Shown here one piece after another: positions 13,039-26,910 of a stretch of DNA of 64,000 nucleotides; positions within the stretch are counted from its first letter, which is position 1; every line of letters begins with the position of its first letter. The notes beneath the pieces were generated by a model that saw nothing but the letters and a program-made list of their open reading frames with translations, was not told the DNA's origin and did not search any database. Origin of the DNA: Chlorokybus atmophyticus. Taxonomy: Eukaryota > Plantae > Mesostigma and Chlorokybus algae. Both the position numbers and the translations under genes were made by a program. Where the stretch lies: assembly GCA_009103225.1 (NCBI GenBank), contig RHPI01003642.1, positions 1 to 64,000 of the forward strand, read 5' to 3'.

Positions 13039-14997
13039 GGGTGGGTGGGGGGGGGGGGAGCAGGTATTATGTCACGTCAGCGTCAGCGTCAACCAGCGTG
13101 TCGCTGCTGTGTCGTCGTCAGTCAGTCAATTGCCCCTGCTGCTGCAGCTTACATTTGATAGCATGAGGCCCTCTGGTATATGTAAATGTGGTTTGCTGCC
13201 TAATTGTTGGCCTGGCTGGAGTGTTTGTATCCGCATGCATGGCACAGGTGATGAGATGCATGCATTGAATTGCTGCTGCCCGTCTCCAGCGCATAGCAGG
13301 CAAAGAGCAGCCGACGGGGAGCCAGGGGCCTGGATCAGACATGGAGGCAGGTCAGCGACAAGTAGCAGCAACAGCACTCCATCCCACAGATCCCACAACA
13401 TGCGCTACCACTGGCACTCCTTTCGTGATTGCTACGAGCGTCAGTGGAATGCAAGGATGTGTTGTTGTCGTTGCTGCCATAAAAGCGCCCCATGCCACTA
13501 CTACTACCGGCAACGCCAACAACAGCACCAGCAGATGTGTACGTCGCTGCAACTGCGCCAACAACGTCATGATCAGGTCCACACAGTACAGCCAGTAGCC
13601 CAAGGACTTGATGTACCACGCAAGCGTTCCACTTTCAAAGCATGGGCATATGTACCCGGCAAGTTTGTGGTGTCAATGCCGCACTACAGATATGCAGTGA
13701 GTGAGTGTTGGCACTGGTCATGGGTATGAGCGTGTTGGCCCAAGCGCGTGTGGTGTTGGAGTGTGCACAGACCATGCGAGCTGAAGTTAAGGCACTGTTG
13801 GAGTATGCCTGTGTGTGCGTGGTAGGGACTCAACACAACCAGTTCCGTTTCTTGAACAGCAGATGCGACTCTGTTGTCTGCAGCTCGCCTGCTCTCCACT
13901 CCATGCCATCATCGTAGTTTGAGAGATTGTTCAGTAAGCTTGCTTGTGTGCACGTGTTGTGCTTGCTTGTGTGCAGGTTGTCATGATAGGTATTGTTCTT
14001 ATGAGACGCATGCCTGCCTTCTGTTCTGGCGGCTAGGCACACCGCTGATAATACATGGCGCACTGATGCGCGTTTGGATCAGTCGATGCTGTCGGTGTGT
14101 TAGTCTGATGAACTTAATTTTGAAGGCGTTGATCAGCCCAGCTGGCTATGCATGCATCTCATATCATCTGTGCGTGCGTGTGCGCATGTGTTGTGGCCAT
14201 GCATGGCTTTGCTTGTGAGTCAGTACCATTGTCCATACCTGCTCATAAATGGGTGTACGTCAGCCTGATTGAGCTCGAGCCTTGATGAGGGTGCACTAGT
14301 GGGCAGAGTTGTACCATGCCAGAATTCAACTTGATAAATGTTTGCAATACACTGCAGTGCGGAGTATAGTGTAGTGCTTTTTGCAACCGAAAAAATTGTT
14401 GTTGTCATCATGCGGGGCACAAGCTTGCAAACCAGCCGCGAGGCGCTTGTGGTTACACAAACTACTCTATGTACATAAGCACAAGTGCATTGACAGTGTC
14501 CACGCACCCACTATCCAAGATATGTACTTACTACCGTGCGCAGTCAAGAGCATATGCATGCCGTGTCTGGTGCGACTGACTGATGCTGACACATCTGTTG
14601 TATGGGCTTGCTGCCTAGCAGCACCGCACCCTAGACCGTTCCTCCAGCGTCTGCACTACACACCATCAGCCCCTGCTCCTTGCTTGTGTTACTGGGCGTT
14701 CAATTTCAACTGATATACCTTGCAGTGAGTCTACTTATCAGTTATGCTTATGCGGGGCGCCTTGTGCTTGTGTTCAGTGAGCACTACGGTTTTCACACTA
14801 GTTTCAGACATTTGGAAGGTGGCTCATGATACTGAAAAGACAAACTGCGCTTTGGCTCCCATCTGCAAATTGCTTGACGCACACTACTGCCATATTGCCA
14901 CCAAGGACAATTACGCAAGACATAACGCAGGCCTGCAAAGGATGACGCGCTTACTAGGGCTCACATATACAGCAGGAGTTCAAAATAGGCGCTGTGC

Positions 14998-17900
14998 TCA
15001 TGGCAATGTGTACTCCCCAGGCTGATCAAAGGTCTTCTCTTCGTTCTCTTTGCGTGCAACTTTAAAGCCACGGACGCGGAACTCTTCAGGTTGTGACTCG
15101 TCATTGAAGTCAACCGGCACAAACTCAAAGCTGCCATTGGACACATTGAGCCCGGCAACATGTACCTGTAGACCACACCTGTCAAGCAGCAAGCAGAAGG
15201 AAACGAACATGCAAGCTGTAAACAGCACATGCATTTGGCTTCTACCGGTGCAACACCGCTACTAGAGAACAACTGCCATCCGCCGTGTAATTGTGACACA
15301 TCCAGCCATAGCACGCTAGCCAAGGACAAGATGCTGCCGTGGAGCAACATCAAAATATGCAATTGAAAACCAACTCCTAAGCTCACTTTGGAGGCATGCT
15401 GCACAGCGCATTTGCAATGACAAGAACTGCAGGCGCATGGCTTGGGCAACATGGTCGGCCATGCACGATAAGAGCTTGAAGACGTACCTTGGCACCAGGA
15501 GCTGCCTTCAGGATTAAGGCACCATCGACATTCATGTCTTCGAGATAGATGTCCTCACCCTCAATGACAAGCACAGACTTTTGGGAAACCTTCACCTTGC
15601 TGCCGCCAACAACTTTGGACTTGATGTCCTTGAAGGTAATCCCGAAATCAGGGGACAGCAAGATGCGCGGGTACACCTCCACCTCAATGCCATTGTACGT
15701 AGCCTTCTTGGGAGCATCAATGCTGGCTCCAGCCATGGCCAGGATTTTGCTGTTAGCAGCATACTGATCCATCTCGCCAGATGTCGCACTGTGTGTTGCT
15801 TGATTTGAACTTGCCTGCATGTGTTGCGAACGCACCAACTTTAGTAACCAGCGTCTTATTGGTGCAGTTAAGCTCTTCAATGTTCTCGTAACAGAAACTC
15901 AAGTGAAGCAACCATCCTAACTACTTACCTTCGCAGCAGCATCTGCAGGGTTGTTCTTCACTGGTGAGTACGCCACCCACACGTCCAGAACTGTGAAACC
16001 CACTTTGGCTTCTGGCCCAAGGGACTTGGGATAATCCTGCATCATGCACTCGAGACGGGTGGATGACTTGAACTTGGTCTTCGAGGAGTCTGCATACTTG
16101 GGATTGACGAACTCCGTAATGAGGCCCTTTGTCTTGTCCAGCGTGTGAGCGTATGGCTCCAATGCAAACACTAGCTGGTTGATGTTGCCAGGGAAGGGCG
16201 AGAAACCCGTCTTGGGGTCATTGACATCGCCATCAGGGAAGGTTGTAGCGCGCAGCAGTGGATCCAGCTGGTTGTATTCAACGTTGATGGTAATCTTGCT
16301 ACCTGATCACAATAGAGCGTAAGGCAGCCCACAAGGTATCTATATAACATCCAATGCTGATCGCAATCATTGCGAGCCACACTGGCCAACAGCTACAACG
16401 CTACCATGAGCAACCCATGGACTGCCCGCAAAAGCCCCAATGCCACCTACCATCAGTATGTGTCAGCTCAGTGATTGCGCCAATGGACTCCTTAGCACGC
16501 CTTGGCACTGCCAGAGAGTTGACTTCAAAGCCACGGCTCTTGCTGACACCAAGCGCAGACGGGATAGCCTATGGACAAAGCTTGTTGAAGCACAATATAA
16601 GCATAGCAGGACACATGGCATCGTCCAACTGCCTACCCGGAAGACAAGGGCATTGGTGTCTTGGAAAAAGACCACCCACTTCCTCTTTTCTGACATCCTG
16701 TAACACAGGCCATGCCATATCGGCGCCCTCCATCACACCATTGTGTACTGGCTAGATTACAATTTTTGCAACATACAATGGCCATACCATTTGTCAAGAA
16801 GGCCAGACTGATGCAGCAGTGCGTGAACATCACCATGTCCGTGCGGCTTGGTCTGTAACGGACAGCGTCAGTGTGGTGTGGATGGGTTGGGAAAAAGTTA
16901 ATTTTGCTGACACCCACAGCACGCAATCAATGGACTGTCACATAGTAGTCTGTTCACCAAAACAGTTGGTGTAAGCCAGCCAGCGACTAGGTCGTGATGA
17001 TAATTGAGAAGTCACAATATTCACAACAGCTTCCTCGATCATTCTATGTTGCCCTCTACGGCATTCACATCCTGAGCACATCAGTTACAATCACTGCACC
17101 TGAATTTCATAGGGGTCCTTGGGATCCAAAGCAATGTGTGCATCATTATCTGCAAGGCAAGCAACTTTCTCCTGCACGATACGTAACAGCTTGTGAGTGG
17201 CGCGCACTGAGCAGCAACAAGGTGAGTGCCAAAGAGAGCACCTGCTTGACAACACTGAGGTTTGACTTGTCCATTCCAAAATAGTTGTGAGATTCCAGCA
17301 GTATGGTCGTCCGTGCATGTGTGTCATCAGAAGTCATAATCGCAAGGGGGATGTGCTTTGGTGAGCCTGCACACGAAGGCATCAGCATGTAACGTCCACC
17401 GAATATCTGCTTATGAGTAGATGGATCAACGGAACAAGCAGCTGTACTGCAAGTCGTTGCTATGCCATTACGTACCGCCGGCTGCCTTGTTACTGGCTTT
17501 TTCTAGTGCCAGAATGCTTTCAATGTACTGCTGAAGGAAGGGCTTCTCTGTGATTGTCTCGGACAGCAATGCAATCTGAAGGTAGATATTATCAGTTCTT
17601 GTGCTTCTAATCACCACCAAGTAAGCTCGTGTGACTGCTTGTCAGTCATGAATTACTTTACTGTAATGTAACTCGTTGCATACCTTGATACCACTGTACC
17701 CAAGACGTTCACCAAGACCACCAGCAACAAGGACAAAGGCAGCGTCGCGGGCTTCAGGCAACCCAATGTCCTCAAGTTGCTGAAACTGCTCATCTCCGTA
17801 TGTCAGGTTTTCTCCTTCTGGCACCTGCAGAGAGGCATTGCCATGATTACAATTCGCACATGCAGCACATGCTGATTGATTGACAGACATAAGTGTGAGG

Positions 17901-18692
17901 GCACACCTTTGGAGTGTAACCATCAAAGGGGTTTTTTCCCTCTCTTGAAGCTGCCAGGAGTTCGCGTGCATTTGAGATGTACTTGCCAACGCCACCTACA
18001 TAGTTGGCTTCTAGTTTTGCCACCTGCAACAGTGAGGCTTTTGAGTGATGGCCCACCAAGACAAGCAAGCAATTGAAACTAGTTGTTGCAACTAGCAACA
18101 GCATGCAGCTACTCCTGCACAGGCAACCGCGTTGCATGGGTGGCATTGTTGAAATGCAATGGGACACATTGACCCTGCCTTCACGCATGCTGGCCATGCA
18201 TGCTGTGTACGACACTATGGAATGCTGTGTAGGCTGCAACAGCATGAGAATCGTTGCGTTGCCATGACAGGAAATCGGATCAAAGGGAGTCTTAAACATG
18301 ACAATGACATCGCCAGACGTCACATCACGGACATTCGGGTGCAACTCACCTGCTCGAGAAACCGGTGCTTGTCATTGTCATTTTCTCCCGCTGGACTCCA
18401 GTGTTCAAACAAATGCGCCTGCTGTTCGTTCAACAAGATGTCCACCAGCTTGACCTGCCACAAGGTGGACACAAAGCGCCACGCATATAAGCATGCAGTG
18501 CAGTAACTGTGCGAGAGCACAGTTGCATGCCATTCAGTATTATCCAGACACCCCGAAACCAGCAAGCGGCATTGCAATGCTGCCACACCAGACCAGATCT
18601 CCCACACCTACCTCATCATCGCTGAGGATCTTCCTGTTTGCCTCGAGCTGCGATGGCCAGGTGGTCTTGGGCGGCGCGGTTGTCGCAGCCAT
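14998..18692 (-). CDS. USP: UDP-sugar pyrophosphorylase
   Basis: Motifs [103 protein letters not shown]; about 11 exons. Confidence 0.95.
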
Positions 18693-19232
18693 CGGGGCGA
18701 TCGACAGAGGCTCCGGCCCGAAGCGTCCAGCCAACCACGCCGCTACCAACACCAACACCACTCCTGCCGACCACACCGTCGCTGACCCAACAGCAAGATT
18801 GCTGACTGGACAGCCTCAGTGTCTGATTTTGCAAGCCTGTGACTATTCTGGGCAAGAGGTTCTTCAGGGAAACCGGGGATGTGTTACAAGGTTTCGCCGC
18901 TTGCTTTCTTCTGGAAAACCGCGCTAGTTCACGGAAAAACAAGAATTCTGCGCCTTTTGTGACTCTGAACGCAGCGATCTCCCCGAAAACAGAATAGGTA
19001 ACTTCTCACGGGGCATCTTTGAAGGGTACAAACACATGCGGGCAACGACCACATCGGACGGCTGGATGTAATGAGTCCCGCCCCAGGTCAACAATATTGT
19101 TCCCAGACTTTATAAAGGTTTTGCCTAGGACTTGCGGCCTCATGGGTCGGGTTTGGGGCCAGCGGATTGCGTCAGACTTTGCCGCTGAGGCGGAAGCGGC
19201 GGCGGCGGTGGCGGCGGACGAGCACGAGGAGG

Positions 19233-20149
19233 ATGGCGTTGGGTCTAGCGGCGTGGGGGAGAGCGACGTTGAACAGGGCGCAAAGGGGGCTGTACGCGGG
19301 GCGGAAGGTGCTTTACGGGAACAAAGTCAGCGAGGACGGTGGCAACAGGTAAGACGCGCATGCTGTGTGTCGTGTTGTGCTGCCTTGCCTGGTTTTCAAA
19401 TTGGACTTTGCAGCTATGAAGTGGACCATATATTGAAGTAGGGACTGATTAGCTGTATAAGTCATACAGCCATAAGGCTTGTGCAGAAAAATTGCTTATG
19501 CGCTAGGACATCTCGTGTGTGTGTTAGCTGCGGCTTGCATTTCCATGTGCTGCCATATAGCAGTGCTCTCTAGGTAGGTGCTTTCGAGAATCCTTTCGCC
19601 AACATTCAATTGGAGATTATCGTTCCAAATTCTCGATGCGTCTGCATGCGCGTGTAGCCTAGGGCGCTGTGCAGTAGTTGCTTGTTTAGTCTGGGTGCAG
19701 GCAACGAAGTGTACATAGCTCAATGCAGGCAGGAACAGCGGTTGACATGCAACGCGTGTCGAGTCTGATTGCTTGACAGATACGCAGCGCAGTATGTACT
19801 AGTTACGAATGGTGTTTCATTATTGATTAGGTCGCGGAGGCGATGGAAGCCCAACAGGCAGAACAAGCACCTCTTCAGCGAGCTGCTGGACCGGATGGTG
19901 CCGTGCCAGGTGACGACCCACGCGCTGAGGTGCATTGACAAAGCGGGTGGCCTGGACAGCTACGTCCTCAATACCAAAGTAGCTGACCTCGACTCCGCGT
20001 TCGGCCTGGAGCTGCGCCAGAGGCTGCAGTCGAGATTGCGGCACCAGCAGCAGCAAGGCAGCAGAGAGGACTCTGCACCCTCAACAGCAGTTGAACACAC
20101 GCAATCTCAAACTCAAACTCAACAAGAACAGCCTGCTTCTCCGCTGTAG
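19233..20149 (+). CDS. RPL28: Mitochondrial ribosomal protein bL28m, 2 exons
   Basis: RAQRGLYAGRKVLYGNKVSEDGGNR|SRRRWKPNRQNKHLFSELL..VTTHALRCIDKAGGLDSYVL. Confidence 0.9.
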
Positions 20150-21067
20150 ATTGTATAACAGCATGTGGTATTGTTACTGTCCTTGTGCACAGCACAACAT
20201 GCATGCTGTGTACTTGAGTGCCGCGTTCATGATTGTTGCACCGGGTCTGCTCTGATTGCAGCGACCAGCTGAGAACAACCAAAGCCGCACGGAGGAAGAC
20301 AGGAAGACAGTTTCACAAGACAACGCTCATGCTTGATGAAAGCTATGGCAAAGTTTAGTGTATGCCATAGCTGTGGAACTCTGTTGCAGCTACCAAGGAG
20401 CCAGGGCTGCAATGTGCTGTCCTAATTGAACTAGAAGTAAGGCTAGAAGGTAATGGTGATGACGCAAGCAATGACAACCTCGCCTATCTGTGCCGGGAAT
20501 TGCCTACCTTGCTGTATGGCAACATTTGCGCTGGGTGACATCACCTGGGATTGCAAGACTCATGAAGTCACAAGGTAGTGCAAATGCCATGCGATGCAAG
20601 TGCTCAAGCAGGATCCTTGCTTCCGCAAATGTTTATATCGTGCACCCATGCCTGTACAGGTGGGCACCCTCTACCCTTAAATCCAGACCATCGCTTGCAT
20701 TGCACCTAGCGGCTGCAGTTGTATAGGTTTTGAAGGCTGGATAGTAATAATCAGATTGCAACTTGCTAAGTAACCTCTTTCTTGATTCTAACCGCCGCCA
20801 GTTTGTGTTTGGGTTGGTCAATGCTATGGGCGTTGTTGCAAGTGCCCTGTGCACGTTGTACGGTTAAAACGGGGTCACGAGGACGATGTGCTAGGCTAGA
20901 AGTTGGTGATGGTGCTTGACTTTCTCGAGTTGGACCACAGCAACCATCCATGACTTCTACGAACATCTCTGAAGAGCAACCTGTGCTTATTTGTCTATAT
21001 CAACGCAAGATTGCAACTGCGCACCACGATACTGCATCAACCATTTACTTCAAAAACCAGCAACTTG

Positions 21068-23950
21068 TCAAGTCCTCATAGCGCTTGCTGCAACACTGCC
21101 ATTTCCCCTCGACATGCCGGAGTGCTGACTGGTGGCCGCAGAGACACTCTGCATTGGCGCCTGCTCGCGCGGCTGTGACTCGGCCTCGTACTTGACAAAT
21201 GCGGCATCCAAGGATTGCAGTATTGGATTCAACAGCTGCGACACTGTGTGTCGGTGCTCTGAGGGCGTGCGGTCTCGCAAGAGCTGCAGCCGGTCATAGA
21301 GCGCGCTCATAGCGTCTTTCAACCTGTTCACTTTCTCCCTGAAGAGCTGACTCCTGATTGGGTACGACTGCCAGAAATGCCGCAGGAGCTCTTGCGAGGT
21401 GGCCGCTGCGTCAAATAACTCGTTCTGTATGTCTTGAGGGAGCTGTCGGATGTCCACTGACGTGCCGTGGTGGCCTTGTTTGGAGGCTTGAGAGATTTGG
21501 TGGGATACCTCTCCCAACACTTTGGCAGCGAGTTCTGAATCAATTGCATGCAGCTGTTCGCTAGAAGCTTCAACTGACTGAATGGCACCATTCAAATCCT
21601 GCATGGCGGTTGCGTCATCAGGACCCATTGCATCCCTGCCGACTGCTTGAGGTCCTGCTGTAGAACATGCTCCTGCGCCTAGCTCAAAGTAACGGCGCGG
21701 GTCCTGTATCCTCAACGGTTCCACTGCGACATGCCGGTCACCCTGCATGGACAATCAATACCGCAATGTGCGTACATGAACCGACACTTTGCTGTGAACT
21801 CAGATTAGTGCAGGCATGCACTGGTACAGACAAGTATTGGTACCTGCAAGTCTGGCATCTCAATCTCTTCTTGCATACGGTGATGCCACTGAGCCACCGC
21901 CTTCTCATCTGGAACTCTTCCATCTGCTTGCAGCAACAGCTCACGTGAGTGTAACTGTGCATTGAGCAACTTGCAAGTTGCATGCTATGCATTGCGATGG
22001 TTCATGACAATGATTTCAGCACAGGCCTTCACCTGTTGTGCAGTTGCTTTGAGCCGCAAGTGCTCGTGCCAGTGAAGCGGAATCCGTAGCCGTGCCAGCA
22101 GGTCGACCCTTCAGCACAACTTCTGCATGGCGGTTAATATCCCTAATAACAAACCTAACAGCTTTTTCTGACTTATCTACATCCTTTCCAACATTGTGAC
22201 GTATGCCATATCCCTCTGATGGAGTCCACGCAGCATTGTCGTCGGCAGCCAGGTTGACTGATGGCTCAACGCACTGCACCTTCCTCCGGGCCTCTTCAGC
22301 CAAAGCAGCCTCCTCCTCCTGCCCTTGTCCAAACAAACCATGCTCATCATCAACGTCACCGTGCCTGGCAGTGGACATTGCCAGAGTTTCAAAGAGTGCC
22401 ATTACAAAGATGCAAAGCAAAGATCTGCCTTGCAGGCAACGCGTACCTTGCGCGATTGAAGTACTCGTACTTGAAGTATTTTGTCCAAAATTCCTTCTCA
22501 TCCATCTTATGAGGTACGTTTGCGAGGTATGCGCGGTGCACAGCAGGCTTCTCAGCAAAAATCTGATGGATGACTTCTGGTGTTAGCTTGAAGGAAACAG
22601 CGTTGCGGCGCCCGTCCGACGTAGGCCGTACATCAGCAAGCATAGCGTTGGGCATGCCTGTCCTTTGTGCAAGGCCCGCTTTTGCATTCTTGTCCTTTAA
22701 CAGGTCTTGCCGTGATTGCCAAAACTCCATCTCAGTCAACACGCCTGTCGCAACAGTTATTGCAAATCAGAGATCTGGATCACGAGACAGCATAACGAGC
22801 GAGACAACAACAACACTGACTACTGGCTTAACACACCACCTGTGCCAACGAGCTTTTGGTGCAGGCTTGCCAGTTCCCGGTTTGCTGCAAGCAACTTGGC
22901 TCGCTTTTCCAAGACATCTGCTGACACTGTCTCCGATGCTGGCGGGGCAGCACCAGCTGGACCAGGAGGGGTGGCTGCTGACCCTGCAGCTGCTCCATTG
23001 CCTTTTCTCTTAGTCAGCAGCTGGCCGAGCACTGTGCTCAGTTGATCGCGATCAGCTGGTGAGAAAAGTTCAAAGACGGATCCCGGACCCTTTGGATCAG
23101 GAGTGCTGCAGAGCTTTGCAAACAGGCCTGCAGCGCTCGCTGCACTAACTTTTATACTGACAACGGAGTCGGTTGGAATCCGCACTGGCTGTGCGCTGCT
23201 TGGGTCATTCGGCGTCCAGGACACCTGAAGAGGAGAACAATCGAAGCCTGGGCACACGTAATGTTCTGTATGCTATTTGACCATCGGCGACAAGCAGTCG
23301 CACTAGCATGATCGCAAGCACCACCGCTACAGCGCAGTGGTTATAGCTGAAGCTTGCAAGCCCTACACTGTAGAGTGACAGTCACCACTGTCACTCTACT
23401 TCTGCAATTCTAAGCTTTTTGCAAGTGGATTGCATGAAGCGCGCACATGTTTTGCAGCCACAACGCACTTGCAAGGCACATTCCCTGAAGACGGGGTGTA
23501 CACTACGGTTGCAGCACATACCCTTGCTGTCTTCCCCTGACTTGATCGCCCCAGTGCAACAGACTCCTACTTCATCTTACGAACACGCCTGTGCCCAACT
23601 TGCGCAGCAGGGTGCGTGTATGAAGTCACACTCAAGTCGCAGATCGCAACGCAGAATACAATTGCTGTTCAGGCTCAACCGACTTAAACTGCAAGCTGCT
23701 CCCGACATGAATTCGACCACAGCGTGCTGGCTAAAACAAAGTAACAAAGCTGCAGAGTCTGTGACAAGAACATCAATTGACTGCTGGACGCACTCAATGT
23801 CGGCTCTGCTGAATTGCCAATCTGCGCAACGGCTTCATCCACAGCTGCGCTAACCTTGGCCGCAGTGAGCATGAGCACTCCGGGAACGCGTGGCCCCTTG
23901 GGTGCAGCCTGGTACCTGGCCTTCACTGTCAGCAGCACAGGCGCCTCCAT
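21068..23950 (-). CDS. TFB1: TFIIH subunit p62 (PH-like domain plus BSD domains)
   Basis: N-terminal VKARYQAAPKGPRVPGVLML..|VSWTPNDP; BSD regions LTEMEFWQSR and LTPEVIHQIFAEKPAVHRAYLANVPHKMDEKEFWTKYFK; C-terminal ELLRHFWQSYP. Confidence 0.88.
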
Positions 23951-24354
23951 TGGAGCCAAACCGGTCTAGTCAACTGAACATACACAGCGTCAATCGCCTC
24001 CGTCCCCGCCTCCCGCTCCTCCTCCTCGCCATCCCTGCTCCGCCTCCGCCTCCGCCTCCGCCGCCACCGCCGCCGGCGTGCTCACCATCGGCTGTATGCT
24101 GCAGTGTAGTGTCATCATTGAGCTTGCGTTTGTTGACGGCGTTATCGTCGGCGGCGTTTGCCAGCTTGCCCATCACGGCGTCGCTAAAGTTGCTTACGCT
24201 GCTGCCCGCAGCCAGGCCGCCTATTGTGGGCCTGGTGGGCGCCGGCGCTGCGGGCAGGCTGCCGGAGTGGTCGGCTGCTGCCTTCCCCAGGCCTGCTGCT
24301 CCGCCTCGTCGTCGTAGCCGCCGTTGTTTGCGCGCATCAGGCGGCGCCATCGCC

Positions 24355-26166
24355 ATGGCCGAGGTGCAGGTCCAGCAAGAGGATGACAAGAAGCGTATTA
24401 AGGAGAAAGGTCTAGAAGGTCAGTCAGTGCAGTCCTAGGAGGAGGGCTCCATCACCATCATGCATGCAACCATGCGTGTCAACTGACATAGGTGTACTTA
24501 CGCACATGCATGCTGAGCAAAGCTTGCACGTCTGCGTGGCATTTGAGACAGCTTGTGAGCCGGTCTGTTGGTCTTTGGTCAGGCGTTGGTTTATAAGCTT
24601 CAACCACAGATTGTCCTAGATAGGATGCATACAAGCAAACAGTGTCAGTGTGGGCAAAGAGCGAGCATACAAGTAAGGTTTTGTCATGTCAATACAGCGT
24701 GCATGGACGGTATGCATGCAACATGCATGGTGGGGGTGAAAGCATGTTGACAGCAGACCTTAGCTGGAGCAGTTATTGCACCTTGCTAAGTCATGTAAGC
24801 ACACACAACTTTACCAGGTTACGCACTCTTCACATCGCACAAACAAGTGCAGCTGTCCATTGTTAGTCAAGTGATGCGAAACCTTCAAGATGCGTATGTA
24901 CTGTGACATCCAATCATTGCATGTTAGGTTGGGAGGCCAACTGGCAGGAGGGAAGGATTATGTGGGACAAGGGGACATCACCGGAGATTCTGCTGCGCCT
25001 CCTGCAAAATAAGCAACTACCACCTGGAAGGGCACTCGTCCCTGGCTGCGGATCTGTACGTTGTATGCAGCTTGACGTTGTATTTGATGGCTTGTCCTCT
25101 ATGGCCATCTGGGCTTTGCTTGCATGCAGTGTTGATATTGTCTGTTTTCAAGTGTTAGATTCACAACCCATGCTTGAACGATGATGCATTCGACTTTTGG
25201 CCTGCATGCAAGAGTGGGATGTGTGCAATTTCTGACTCTCTCACAACAACTCAAGACCATCATGCCTTTCATAGGGATACGATGTCATCACATTCGCCAA
25301 GTCTGGATATCAGGCTGTAGGGTTGGATGGTGCACCAAGCGCAATCAAGAAAGCCGAGCAGGTGGGTACACCACGAATGCATACAGTAGCCTGCTGCCAT
25401 AAAGTGCCTCTGCTCATCTCACATGCGCGCCTACACAGCTGCGCCAGGACGCTGGCCTCACCGCAGATCAGGCGCAATTTGAGCTAGCTGACTTCTTCAC
25501 ATACAAACCAGACGCACCGTTTGATGTCATCTTTGACTACACGTGAGTCCGTTGCTCTCCTCTTTGATGCATTCAGTGCTCGCACTGCCGCCTTGTTCAC
25601 CAACTGCAATCATTCTGCCATGGATTGACGGCTGAGTCATCACATATTATCATGTGTTTCAGGTTCTTCTGTGCGATACAACCTGAGCAAAGACCTGCAT
25701 GGGCAGCAAAGCAGGCATCGCTTCTGTCTGCATCTGGAACCTTGATCACCCTGATATACCCGGTGAGTACCCGGCTTCCACACTGCCTGGCGCAGGCAGT
25801 CAAGGCTGATACTGGGTCTTTGCGCGCAGATTGGCACGCATGAGGGAGGCCCACCGTTTGCTGTGCATCCTGATCAGTAAGCAGCAAGCACAGTTGATTT
25901 CACACAGAAACACCTGTTAAACGGGTCTAACTTCTTACTTGGCAACAGCTACGAAGCAGTGTTGAAGCCGGTTGGGCTCGAATGCGTCACCTTGAGTGAT
26001 GTGGACTGCAGCCATGCTGGGCGCGAGGTGCGTTGTCACACAAAGGCCACCTCTGGCAGTTCTGTACTTCAATCAGGGTGCACTGTTGTATGCTGATGAA
26101 GTTCTTTGTTTACAGGGTAAGGAGAAGCTCGGCTTATGGCGCAAGCAGTCGCAGTCAACGTTGTAA
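24355..26166 (+). CDS. HOL: Thiol/halide SAM-dependent methyltransferase (HOL/TPMT family), 7 exons
   Basis: WEANWQEGRIMWDKG..GRALVPGCGS|GYDV..AVGLDGAPSAI..ADFF..FDVIFDYT|FFCAIQPEQRPAWA..GTLITLIYP|IGTHEGGPPFAV; all junctions GT-AG. Confidence 0.9.
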
Positions 26167-26910
26167 ACATCTCATTGGTTAGTTGTGTGATTTTTGTATA
26201 GTTGTTATATAATTGGGCAATTCTGTGCCAGTGTGTTTGCTGAGGGGAAGGGGGTATAGTTTTCCCTCACCCAGAGGTGAATTTCGCGTCGAACACAGTT
26301 GCATAAATGAATAAAAGTCTGTTGTATCAACGAATCTAGCGCCGTGTTTGTAGGTAGCACTGACCCTCATCATACACCTTTTCGCATTGGTAAGAATGCG
26401 TCTTGGTCGCATGATCGCCACTGCTTGTAGTAGTTTGCATGCAATTTTTGCTGTTGGCAATGTTTGACGCTGAAGACAGCGAATGACACTGACTTACTGT
26501 ACATACCTTGCACTCTGGCACGCAAACGTCCATGAAGATGTGTGCATTAGGCAAGAGCAGGCGGGTGTGGATGCTCGGCCTGAGAATCCAGCGACCATCA
26601 GGCCAGCAAGCTGCATGCTTGTGCTCGCCACCATGATGGTACACTGAAGGGTCATCTCGACAACCTGGCCATGTGTGACCGAGTCCTGCTTGGCCATGTT
26701 ACTGAGATCATGCGCATTGCATTGGCTACGGCATTGGCTACGATGGTCGCTGGCTGTGGTGCACCGCATGTGATTTTTCCTGCTATATATACATATGTAC
26801 GAGTGACACATTATGTGGGCACGGTCCTGCACGCGCTCACAACTTACCCTGAAGCCAGCATTATAGCCATTCATTATACAACACCAGAGCGCACAACTGA
26901 GGTTTGTCTG

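Noticed and set aside
23970-24389. Minus-strand Gly-rich ORF whose ATG overlaps the HOL ATG in CCATGG
   Set aside because: TFB1 homology starts at 23950 and the only joining intron would be about 20 nt. The ORF is explained by GC-rich (CCGCCT)n promoter sequence.
26741-26764. 12-bp tandem duplication GCATTGGCTACG in the HOL/SWEET junction
   Set aside because: An isolated slippage-type duplication with no further structure.
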